From an uncultured Pelagibacteraceae bacterium (GTDB taxonomy: Bacteria; Pseudomonadota; Alphaproteobacteria; Pelagibacterales; Pelagibacteraceae): a DNA stretch of 64,000 nucleotides. The translations under genes were made by a program, and so were the position numbers. The notes under the pieces are model-generated. The model saw only the letters and a program-made list of their open reading frames with translations, made no database searches and was not told the origin of the DNA. Shown one piece after another: positions 56,854 through 64,000 of the stretch. The DNA lies in contig CACEDU010000002.1 in NCBI GenBank assembly GCA_902558435.1, forward strand, positions 78,680 through 142,679, written 5' to 3'. The stretch's first letter is position 1, and every line of letters starts with the position of its first letter.

Positions 56854-57785
56854 ACCTTAACCTCTCCATCAAATGGATCATAAGTATCAATTTCTTGAGG
56901 AAGAACAGATCTGATTGCTATTTCTTCTGATCCCATTGCAACTAAATCATCTGACTCATATAAAACTAACGGTTTTGCTGCCATAGTGTCTTTAGCCATC
57001 CCAAGTGAATTTTTTGTTGCAACAAAGTAAGTGAATACTCCATCAAGTCCAGATAAACTATCTTTCATACCCTCTTCAAGTGTAGCTCCATTTCTCATTT
57101 TTTCTGCTAAGTATACTGCAATCAATTCAGAGTCACACTCTGACATAAATCGCATTCCTTTGTTTTCTAAAATTCTTCTATTATTCCAATAGTTAGTTAA
57201 TTGACCATTATGCACAACTGAAACATCGCTAAAAGGGTAGCCCCAAAATGGGTGAGCAGATTTAATGTCTACGCCAGACTCTGTTGCCATTCTAGCATGT
57301 CCAATTGCGTGAGTACCAACAAGATCTCCTAGATTGTATCTATCACAAACAGTTTTTGCGTTACCTAAATCTTTAATAACCTCCAAAGATTTTCCCATTG
57401 ATAGGATTTCAACTCCAGGAATGCTCTCTATTTTTTGGGAAAATTCAAGCAAATCTCCTTTATCATAGTCAATTTCATATCTTAGTGAATAGGGCAGTAT
57501 TCTTTCTTCTTTAACAATCTTTGCTCCCATTTGAGAAAGATAACTATCAACAATTTTTTTTCTTTCATCATAAACTGATACATCTTCCATTACTGATGAA
57601 CTACCTTCACCAACATTTTCACCAACCTTAAATCGCATAATAAAGTTTTGACCATCTGTATCTCCATAAAGAGCATAACCAGTAGAATCTTCACCTCTAT
57701 GCTTTAATGCTTGAAGCATTCCTTGAAGTTCTTGACCTACGTTTGAAGATTTTCCTCTATGAATTAGTCCCGCAATTCCGCACAT
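56841..57785 (-). CDS. mgsA: N-methylglutamate synthase subunit A-like (class II glutamine amidotransferase, GlxB-like)
   Basis: Ntn-type N-terminus MCGIAG, HARMATES, VHNGQLTNY; 314 aa. AGGAGAG SD upstream. Confidence 0.75.
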   Translation of the reverse strand: MCGIAGLIHRGKSSNVGQELQGMLQALKHRGEDSTGYALYGDTDGQNFIMRFKVGENVGEGSSSVMEDVSVYDERKKIVDSYLSQMGAKIVKEERILPYSLRYEIDYDKGDLLEFSQKIESIPGVEILSMGKSLEVIKDLGNAKTVCDRYNLGDLVGTHAIGHARMATESGVDIKSAHPFWGYPFSDVSVVHNGQLTNYWNNRRILENKGMRFMSECDSELIAVYLAEKMRNGATLEEGMKDSLSGLDGVFTYFVATKNSLGMAKDTMAAKPLVLYESDDLVAMGSEEIAIRSVLPQEIDTYDPFDGEVKVWQI

Positions 57786-57810
57786 TGTTTTTCTCTCCTA
57801 TAATTTTTCC

Positions 57811-59280
57811 TTATGGTAAACAATCCAGATAAGTATCAAGATCCCATTGAGTTGTTGCGCCAAGAAATCTCTCCCACTCATCATTTTTATACCAATGAAA
57901 TATTTTATACATTTCATCTGGCATTGCCGATTGAATAACTTTATCTTCAGCTAAACGATCCAATGCTTCACCAAGACTTAATGGTAATTTTTTAACGTTT
58001 TTTCCAGCCTTCTGAGCTTCATAAATATTTCTAGACTCTGGTTTTCCAGGATCAATATTATTTTTAATTCCATCATCAAAAGCTTTTAATAAACCTGCTC
58101 CCATTAAGTAAGGGTTATGCATTGAGTCTACTGATCTGTACTCAAATCTTCCTGGAGCTGAAACTCTTAGTCCACAAGTTCTATTTTGATATCCCCAGTC
58201 AGCATAAACTGGTGCCCAAAAACCTTGGTCCCATAATCTTCTATAAGAATTTACAGTTGATGATCCAATAGCAGTTAATGCTGGAAGGTGTTTCATTACA
58301 CCACCAATTGATTTTAAGCCGATTTTACCTGGCAGCTGAACATCTTTTGTATCAGGCATAAAAGTATTTGTTCCTCCTTCAACATAAGTAAACACTTCAT
58401 CCATACCTGGTAAAGATTTATGGCCTAATTTATTTACTTTATCTTTTCCACCAGTCCATAAAGACATATTTGTATGACAACCACTTGCAGAGACTCCCAT
58501 AAACGGTTTAGTCATAAAGCAAGCAATCAAATTAAACTCTCTCGCAACCTGTGCACAAATTTGTCTATAAGTAGATAATCTGTCTGCATTTCTTAAAACA
58601 TCATCATACGTCCAGTTTAATTCTAATTGTCCTGGTGCATCCTCATGATCACCCTGTATCATGTCAAAACCCATAGCTCTCGCGTACTCCATAACTCTCA
58701 TAAATACAGGTCTTAAAGATTCAAATTGATCTATGTGATAACAATAAGGTTTAGAGAACCCTTTCCCTGTTGGAGTTCCATCCTCATTTCTAGTTAACCA
58801 CATCATTTCTGGCTCCGTTCCTACTCTTAGTTGGTAACCATGTTTTTTCTTAAATTCTTTAGCGATTATTCTTAAATTTCCTCTGCAATCAGATGTAAGA
58901 TGTCCACCTGGATTTTCTCTCTCTTCTCTATTTCTAAAACAAGTAACAAATACACGAGCTACTTTTTTATCCCAAGGTAATTGACAAAAAGTCTCTGGAT
59001 CTGGAATACCTACAAGTTCTTTTGCTTCAGGACCATATCCAATATAGTTATTGTGACGATCTAAAAATAAATTTGCAGTTGCTCCATAAACTAATTGAAA
59101 TCCTTTTTCACAAGTTCTTTCCCAATGATCTGCAGGAATTCCTTTACCAACAACTCTTCCTGTTACTGATATGAATTGAAAAAAAATATAATCAATTTTA
59201 AGTTCGTTTATTTTCGCTCTTACTTGTTTAACCAGTTTGGCTCTGCCTGGTTGATTAACATGCTTTTCTAGATCAGTCAT
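57811..59280 (-). CDS. gmaS: Glutamine synthetase-like ligase, candidate gamma-glutamylmethylamide synthetase
   Basis: 489 aa. GS beta-grasp plus catalytic domain (GCHTNMSLW, NSYRRL, NRTCGLRVS). Sits immediately upstream of mgsABC, as in described methylamine clusters. GGGGGA-type SD upstream. Confidence 0.6.
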   Translation of the reverse strand: MTDLEKHVNQPGRAKLVKQVRAKINELKIDYIFFQFISVTGRVVGKGIPADHWERTCEKGFQLVYGATANLFLDRHNNYIGYGPEAKELVGIPDPETFCQLPWDKKVARVFVTCFRNREERENPGGHLTSDCRGNLRIIAKEFKKKHGYQLRVGTEPEMMWLTRNEDGTPTGKGFSKPYCYHIDQFESLRPVFMRVMEYARAMGFDMIQGDHEDAPGQLELNWTYDDVLRNADRLSTYRQICAQVAREFNLIACFMTKPFMGVSASGCHTNMSLWTGGKDKVNKLGHKSLPGMDEVFTYVEGGTNTFMPDTKDVQLPGKIGLKSIGGVMKHLPALTAIGSSTVNSYRRLWDQGFWAPVYADWGYQNRTCGLRVSAPGRFEYRSVDSMHNPYLMGAGLLKAFDDGIKNNIDPGKPESRNIYEAQKAGKNVKKLPLSLGEALDRLAEDKVIQSAMPDEMYKIFHWYKNDEWERFLGATTQWDLDTYLDCLP

Positions 59281-59347
59281 ATTCCCCCTTAAGAATTTTT
59301 AGACCAAAAAGTTAACTGAAAATAAAACATCTGTCTACTTAGATAAA

Positions 59348-60673
59348 TTAGCTCCAAGGAAACGGACTATTAGATGTTGGGTGTAATTCCCCTTTCTCGT
59401 AACGGTTGAATCTAAAAGGTTTTAATAAATCACTTTCTGTTCCAAGAATTTCTTTTGCAACTAGTTCTCCAACTCCAATCATTTTGTAACCATGGTTAGA
59501 GTCTGCAATCATGTAAACGTTTTCTAAAAATCTATCAAATATTGGAAATGAGTCTGGTGTCATACATCCAAGACCACCCGAAGGTCCTTTCCTATATAAA
59601 TCTGATTTTCCTTCAAACCTTTTTTGACAGTGAGCTAAAGCTGAACACCACATGTCATTAAAAGCTTCGGTTGTTTGATATTCAGGTGACTCTATTCCGT
59701 AAGGATCAACATTCACTTCGTCAAAATGTTTATCTACAATGTAAGGTGATGTTCCACCCTGTACACCAAGACCGTCAATATCAGGTTTGTAATATATTCC
59801 CCAAATTTTTTCTGTAATTAATTTTTTAGTTTTGTCTGAATATAAAGGAGCAGTAGAGTCAACATGAATTACTGGTGGCTGCTCACCATTATTCATTTTT
59901 AAAAAATCAGCTTCGACACCAATTACACCTTCTTGAAGCATCCAATATTTCCACATGTCAGTTTCATGCATCTTGCCATCTTTACCTTTAATGTGAGCAG
60001 TTTTTGGAAGTTCTAACATATTCCAAAAATCTCTTGCCCAAGGACCTGCTCCTACGACTACTTGTTCGCATTCAATTGTTCCTTTGTCTGTTTCAACACC
60101 CGTTACAGCTTTACTGTTACTTCCTCTTTTAAAACCTGTTACCTTAATACCTTTGATAACTTCAACACCATTTGAGGTAGATTTATTTTCAAGCGCTTTA
60201 ATTGAATCTTTATTAAAAGCATATCCACCTTTTTTTTCATGAAGAACAGATGTTATGCCTTTTGCCTGCCAATCATCAAACATACCTTTCATGTAGTTCA
60301 TGCAATCTTTTTCACCTTCTATAAATTCTGAGTCATAACCAATTGCTTTTTGCTGTTCATAGATTGTAGCAACATCTGCGTGCATTACTTCAGGAGAAAT
60401 TTGTAAATAACCTACTGCATTGTATTTAAAAGCTTTAGGATCACTCTCCCAAACTGAGACTGAATGAGCCATTAATTCTCTCATGGCAGGTTGAAAATAA
60501 TTATTTCTTACAACTCCACAAGCAATACCACTTGCACCCGCTGCAGTATCTTTTTTTTCTAAGACTACAATATCACCTGGATTTTTATATGTTTCAGATA
60601 ATTTCCAGGCAGTGCTTAGTCCGTGAATTCCTCCACCAACTATTACTACTTTTGCTTTTGTCGGTAATGACAT
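59348..60673 (-). CDS. FAD-dependent oxidoreductase, sarcosine oxidase beta / N-methylglutamate dehydrogenase MgdA-like
   Basis: N-terminal dinucleotide fold KVVIVGGGIHGLSTAW, DAO-family length (441 aa). Context is between tdm and gmaS. Confidence 0.7.
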   Translation of the reverse strand: MSLPTKAKVVIVGGGIHGLSTAWKLSETYKNPGDIVVLEKKDTAAGASGIACGVVRNNYFQPAMRELMAHSVSVWESDPKAFKYNAVGYLQISPEVMHADVATIYEQQKAIGYDSEFIEGEKDCMNYMKGMFDDWQAKGITSVLHEKKGGYAFNKDSIKALENKSTSNGVEVIKGIKVTGFKRGSNSKAVTGVETDKGTIECEQVVVGAGPWARDFWNMLELPKTAHIKGKDGKMHETDMWKYWMLQEGVIGVEADFLKMNNGEQPPVIHVDSTAPLYSDKTKKLITEKIWGIYYKPDIDGLGVQGGTSPYIVDKHFDEVNVDPYGIESPEYQTTEAFNDMWCSALAHCQKRFEGKSDLYRKGPSGGLGCMTPDSFPIFDRFLENVYMIADSNHGYKMIGVGELVAKEILGTESDLLKPFRFNRYEKGELHPTSNSPFPWS

Positions 60674-60715
60674 ACTAAAACACTATTTTTTGGTAGAGGT
60701 TAAATATATAATTTT

Positions 60716-60729
60716 TTTTATATATAAAA
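60716..60729. promoter_or_regulatory. 14-bp perfect palindrome TTTTATATATAAAA upstream of the flavoprotein/gmaS genes (candidate operator)
   Basis: Read directly from the sequence. Its centre is 49.5 nt upstream of the first base of the start codon at 60673. It shares the 12-bp core TTTATATATAAA with 63501..63518. Confidence 0.4.
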
Positions 60730-60770
60730 TTTAGAAATAAAAAATTATACAACCTTAAATTTACAAACTA

Positions 60771-61121
60771 TTAAAAACTTAAATTTTTAAGAGTGGACAA
60801 ATAATCGTTAAATTCCTCAATAAATGAGGCGCTTGGTTTAATATGTTTTTTCCTTTGATCCTCTGAAGTTTTCTCTAAATAAAAAAACCCTTTTTCACAT
60901 GCCTCATTAATAATTAAAGCAGATTTTGGTCGTGAAGTTTTAAATAATTTTGTTTTTAATTCCTCTACAGATAAATTTTGTTTTAATTTAAATGCAGACA
61001 TTACAAGCAGCATCATATGATAGTGTGAAGGTGATTTTCTAAAAAAGTAGTTACTAGAAGTATGAGAAAGCTTCATTTGATCTTCCCAAAATTCTAATAG
61101 ATCTTTTGTTGATTTAGGCAT
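60771..61121 (-). CDS. Small winged-helix (MarR-like) putative transcription regulator
   Basis: 116 aa. LSVEELKTKLFKTSRPKSALIINEACEKGFFYLEKTSEDQRKKHIKPS resembles helix-turn-helix plus a D-x-R wing. The ATG overlaps the tdm stop (TAATG). Confidence 0.5.
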   Translation of the reverse strand: MPKSTKDLLEFWEDQMKLSHTSSNYFFRKSPSHYHMMLLVMSAFKLKQNLSVEELKTKLFKTSRPKSALIINEACEKGFFYLEKTSEDQRKKHIKPSASFIEEFNDYLSTLKNLSF

Positions 61122-63460
61122 TATGATCTAACTTTAGTTTTCTTAGGATCGTAATGAGGAAATCCTACAATTTTAGCTGGAATTCTTTTTTGATGACCAT
61201 CTATTTTTCCAATTTCAACTTCATTTCCTATTTCTGAATGACCTACATCTATTCTGCACAAGGCAATATTTTTATTTAGTGTTGGTGAAATACACCCACT
61301 TGTAATCACTCCAACTTGAGATCTTCCAATGTGTACACAATCACCATGGTTTGCTTGTTCTTTACCAATCAATTCTAACCCGACTAATTTTTTTTGAGGA
61401 TTTTCTTTTCTCTTAACAAGGTTTTCTCTTCCTATAAAATCTTCTGTTTTAGATTTTAAAGGCACCGAAAAACCAATTCCTGCTTCAAAGGGATCTTGTT
61501 GTCCGTCAAATTCATTACCAAATAATATTAAACCTGCTTCAATTCTTAAAAGATCTAAAGCAGCAAAACCAGCAGGTATCAAATCTTCGTCTTTACCTGC
61601 TTCCATTACTTTATCCCAAACAGTTGGTGCATCGCTTGGGTGACACCAAATTTCGAAACCAAGTTCACCTGTATAACCTGTTCGTGAAACAATTAATGGT
61701 ATTCCATTTAACTCTTCTAATCTACAAATACTAAATCTAAACCATTCCAATTCAGATATAGAGGGCTGTGTAGGAGGTGTAAAAATTATTTTTTCTAAAA
61801 TTTTTCTACTTTTTGGTCCTTGTAAAGATAGGTTATTTATTTGGTCTGTAGAATTTTTTATATGTACTTTATAATTTTTCTTTTTTGCTTGTTCTTTAAG
61901 CCATTCCCCGCCATACTCATCTCCACAAACCCATCTAAAACCATGATCACTAAGTTTTAATAAAGTGCCATCATCAAACATAGTACCATTTTCATAGCAC
62001 ATTGCTGAATAAACAATTTGGCCTACTGAAAGTTTTTTAATATTTCGAGTCAAAGTGTAATTCATTAATTCTTCAGCATCAGGACCAAGAATTTCAAACT
62101 TTCTTAAAGAAGATAAATCAATTAAAACAGCTTTTTCTCTACAAGCATTATATTCGTTAATAACTCCATGTTTTGTGTAATCATTTGGTAACCAAAAACC
62201 TCTAGCATCAACAAAGTTTCTAGTTAGTTTTGAAGTTCTCTCATAAAACCCTGTGTTCCTTGTAAGTTTATTTTCTGAGTCTGTTTTCATTCTAAATCCA
62301 TAAGACTTTGTAAATTCTTTACTTTTTTCATAAGTTCTAACAAAAATATCAGTAGGGTTCCATCCATTACAGCTATCTATATCACTGGGACAAGCTGTTG
62401 TCCCACATGTTAAATCTTTAAGTGCTTTAAAAATTACATAATCGCCTGGTCTTGCATATGACTCGTCAGAGGTTACTGAATTAAGACCACCAGCAGATGT
62501 ATTAAAGAAAAGATTTATCGCTTGCCAACCTTTTTTTTTCTCTACTCCATATTTTACCATAGAGCCATTTAAATTATCAGAACAATTTGCATGCCCAAAA
62601 TATCCCGAGTCTTCATAGTATTTTGAAGTACAAGCTAAATTGAACGTATCGTGTATACCAACAGTATCTCTTATCACCTCTATTAAAGGTTCATGATCAG
62701 TGTCATAAAATTTTGAATATAGGCCTGGACCAGGAAAAGTGTGACCCATAAAAGTTCTAGTTGTTTGCCAATCAAGACCTCTCTCTAAACCTTTTTCTAA
62801 TTTAGCTGTATCATATGCCACAAAGTCTGAACACTGTCGCCCTGTTGGTGTTATAATTTGAATATAATCACCAGCTTTGACTTGATAGCCAGTTGCAGTT
62901 TTTCTATCAATATTTACTTCATGATCTGGATCATAAATTGGATCTGGTATTAATGAAAATTCCTTGTCATTATTTATAATTTTAGCTCTTTTTATGATTA
63001 TTGTTAAATCTGATGGTGGATTTTGATCATGAACAAGCATGTCATCTGCAGGTGCTGCAAATATGCAATAACATTTATCTTTAGATTTCAAATTTATCTT
63101 TTCACCAGTTTTAGTATTTTTGTCAAATAATATAGCTGACTTAGCTTTTTCAATTTTTAAATTCCTTTTGTTTAATTGAAGTAAAGCCTGCATAGAGCTT
63201 TCATCTTTTTTAAAAAGTATTTTTTTTATTTCAGAAGAATTTTTATTTTCTTTTAAATTTAAAAGAGCTAATTCTGAGTTTCCGTCTTTATCAAAAGAAT
63301 TGATTTCACAGATTTGATTTCCTTCATTATTAATTATTTGAATTTCGTCATCAGGAAAAATTTGAATTCCAGTAATTCCACCTGCATTTACAATATATCT
63401 TTCAACTCCAGGTGGTAGTACATTTAAACCTGGTTCTTTTATAGCTAAACTAGTTTGCAT
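61121..63460 (-). CDS. tdm: Trimethylamine N-oxide demethylase-like protein (DUF1989-type N-domain fused to GcvT THF-binding domain)
   Basis: 779 aa. The central region has Cys clusters (NLACTSKYYEDSGYFGHANCSD, CGTTACPSDIDSC). The C-terminal half has GcvT motifs (ILGPDAEELM, LQGPKS, SRTGYTGELGFEIW, RIEAGLILFGNEF). Adjacent to an OpuAC/TmoX-like binding-protein gene. Confidence 0.75.
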   Translation of the reverse strand: MQTSLAIKEPGLNVLPPGVERYIVNAGGITGIQIFPDDEIQIINNEGNQICEINSFDKDGNSELALLNLKENKNSSEIKKILFKKDESSMQALLQLNKRNLKIEKAKSAILFDKNTKTGEKINLKSKDKCYCIFAAPADDMLVHDQNPPSDLTIIIKRAKIINNDKEFSLIPDPIYDPDHEVNIDRKTATGYQVKAGDYIQIITPTGRQCSDFVAYDTAKLEKGLERGLDWQTTRTFMGHTFPGPGLYSKFYDTDHEPLIEVIRDTVGIHDTFNLACTSKYYEDSGYFGHANCSDNLNGSMVKYGVEKKKGWQAINLFFNTSAGGLNSVTSDESYARPGDYVIFKALKDLTCGTTACPSDIDSCNGWNPTDIFVRTYEKSKEFTKSYGFRMKTDSENKLTRNTGFYERTSKLTRNFVDARGFWLPNDYTKHGVINEYNACREKAVLIDLSSLRKFEILGPDAEELMNYTLTRNIKKLSVGQIVYSAMCYENGTMFDDGTLLKLSDHGFRWVCGDEYGGEWLKEQAKKKNYKVHIKNSTDQINNLSLQGPKSRKILEKIIFTPPTQPSISELEWFRFSICRLEELNGIPLIVSRTGYTGELGFEIWCHPSDAPTVWDKVMEAGKDEDLIPAGFAALDLLRIEAGLILFGNEFDGQQDPFEAGIGFSVPLKSKTEDFIGRENLVKRKENPQKKLVGLELIGKEQANHGDCVHIGRSQVGVITSGCISPTLNKNIALCRIDVGHSEIGNEVEIGKIDGHQKRIPAKIVGFPHYDPKKTKVRS

Positions 63461-63500
63461 ATATAATTTAAATATGCCTAAATTATATTAAAGTATCAAT

Positions 63501-63518
63501 AAATTTATATATAAATTT
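63501..63518. promoter_or_regulatory. 18-bp perfect palindrome AAATTTATATATAAATTT in the tdm / binding-protein divergent spacer (candidate operator)
   Basis: Read directly from the sequence. Its centre is 49.5 nt upstream of the first base of the tdm start codon (63460). A minus-strand TATAAT hexamer lies at 63487..63482, just downstream of it. Confidence 0.4.
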
Positions 63519-63547
63519 TATATATACATTTGTATCTATTTTGCTTG

Positions 63548-63576
63548 TTGACTGTCTCTTTAATAGAGCAGATAAT
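63548..63576 (+). promoter_or_regulatory. Sigma-70-like promoter for the binding-protein gene
   Basis: TTGACT (63548..63553), 17-nt spacer, GATAAT (63571..63576). The ATG at 63608 is preceded by an AAGGAAAGGGGA SD. Confidence 0.4.
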
Positions 63577-63607
63577 TTGCTTCTTAATATTAAGGAAAGG
63601 GGAAATA

Positions 63608-64000
63608 ATGAGAAAAATAATATCTCTACTATCAGCTTTAGTGATTTCTCTTGTAAGTTTTGCAGGAATTTCTAACGCAGCGGATAGTAAAAAACCGATT
63701 GTTATCCCAACTCATAACTGGTCAAGCCAAATTGTAATGGCATATGTTATTGGTGGAATTTTTGAAAGCATGGGAAACAATGTAAAATATGTAAATGCTG
63801 ACTCACAGGCAGTATACGAGTCAATTAGAATTGGAGACGTAACTATATCTCACGAAGTGTGGGAATCTGCTTTTGGTAAATCATTCACAACTGCTTTGGA
63901 TAAAGGTGGTTTATTAGATATGGGTGATCACGAAGCAAGAACTCTTGAAGATATGGGTTATCCAAACTGGGTTGTAGAAAAAGGCTTATGCCCAGGTCTA
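63608..64000 (+). CDS. OpuAC-family periplasmic substrate-binding protein, candidate TMAO-binding TmoX (5' part only; continues past right edge)
   Basis: My translation: MRKIISLLSALVISLVSFAGISNAADSKKPIVIPTHNWSSQIVMAYVIGGIFESMGNNVKYVNADSQAVYESIRIGDV..., open to base 64000. Signal peptide plus an OpuAC-like N-lobe. Divergent from tdm. Confidence 0.65.
   Translation, partial: MRKIISLLSALVISLVSFAGISNAADSKKPIVIPTHNWSSQIVMAYVIGGIFESMGNNVKYVNADSQAVYESIRIGDVTISHEVWESAFGKSFTTALDKGGLLDMGDHEARTLEDMGYPNWVVEKGLCPGL

Noticed and set aside
16413-63553. TTGACT hexamer upstream of all three complete or partial binding-protein genes (16413..16418, 27304..27309, 63548..63553), considered as a shared regulatory motif.
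   Set aside because: It is simply a near-consensus sigma-70 -35 box. Only the copy at 63548 has a good -10 (GATAAT) at 17-nt spacing; the other two have poor -10 hexamers. This gives no evidence for anything beyond ordinary promoters.
1-64000. Whether any part of the window is a horizontally acquired island, prophage, defence locus or CRISPR array.
   Set aside because: I saw no integrase, transposase, phage, restriction-modification or Cas-like genes. There is no tRNA gene, no direct or inverted flanking repeats, no spacer-repeat periodicity, and no visible shift in base composition.

Overview
Visibly AT-rich window (roughly 30% GC by eye, not computed) and extremely gene-dense. I count about 58 intact CDS. 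Most spacers are 0-100 nt, many same-strand junctions are TAATG/ATGA overlaps, and several convergent pairs share overlapping stop codons. Composition, streamlining and gene content point to a marine alphaproteobacterium of the SAR11/Pelagibacterales type; that is an inference, since no search was possible. I saw no rRNA, tRNA, CRISPR, transposase, integrase or phage genes and no large repeats. All family calls are by-eye motif recognition on the supplied translations.

Layout:
- 1-13 kb: ProW/ProV betaine-type transporter, type III alcohol dehydrogenase, amidase, two homocysteine S-methyltransferase paralogs, MsrA, aldehyde dehydrogenase, three DMT exporters.
- 13-20 kb: racemase-like and creatinase/ectoine-hydrolase-like enzymes followed by a Pot-type ABC importer.
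- 20-27 kb: tight seven-gene minus-strand block (two GcvT-family demethylase-like proteins, FMN 2-hydroxyacid dehydrogenase, TPP enzyme, transthyretin-like protein, S51 peptidase, thiolase). It is divergent from a Dpp-type ABC importer at 27-33 kb.
- 33-48 kb: mostly housekeeping (BioY, FadB-like, cyclophilin, ureohydrolase plus ALDH, ArgE-like, AcnA, YfgM-like/BamB, ZapE, YjbQ).
- 48-64 kb: photolyase, a GS-like/PLP-lyase pair, amtB, then a TMAO-methylamine-N-methylglutamate island (mgsCBA, gmaS-like, SoxB-like flavoprotein, small wHTH-like ORF, tdm, start of a TmoX/OpuAC-like binding protein).

Most interesting observations:
- Two perfect AT palindromes share a 12-bp core and sit at exactly the same distance upstream of tdm and of the flavoprotein/gmaS genes. 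They flank a small MarR-like ORF that is translationally coupled to tdm.
- A strongly SD-preceded 75-aa membrane ORF lies directly after amtB, where glnK usually sits.
- A 134-aa unknown ORF is wedged between mgsC and amtB.
- The 20-27 kb seven-gene block has no characterised pathway that I can name.
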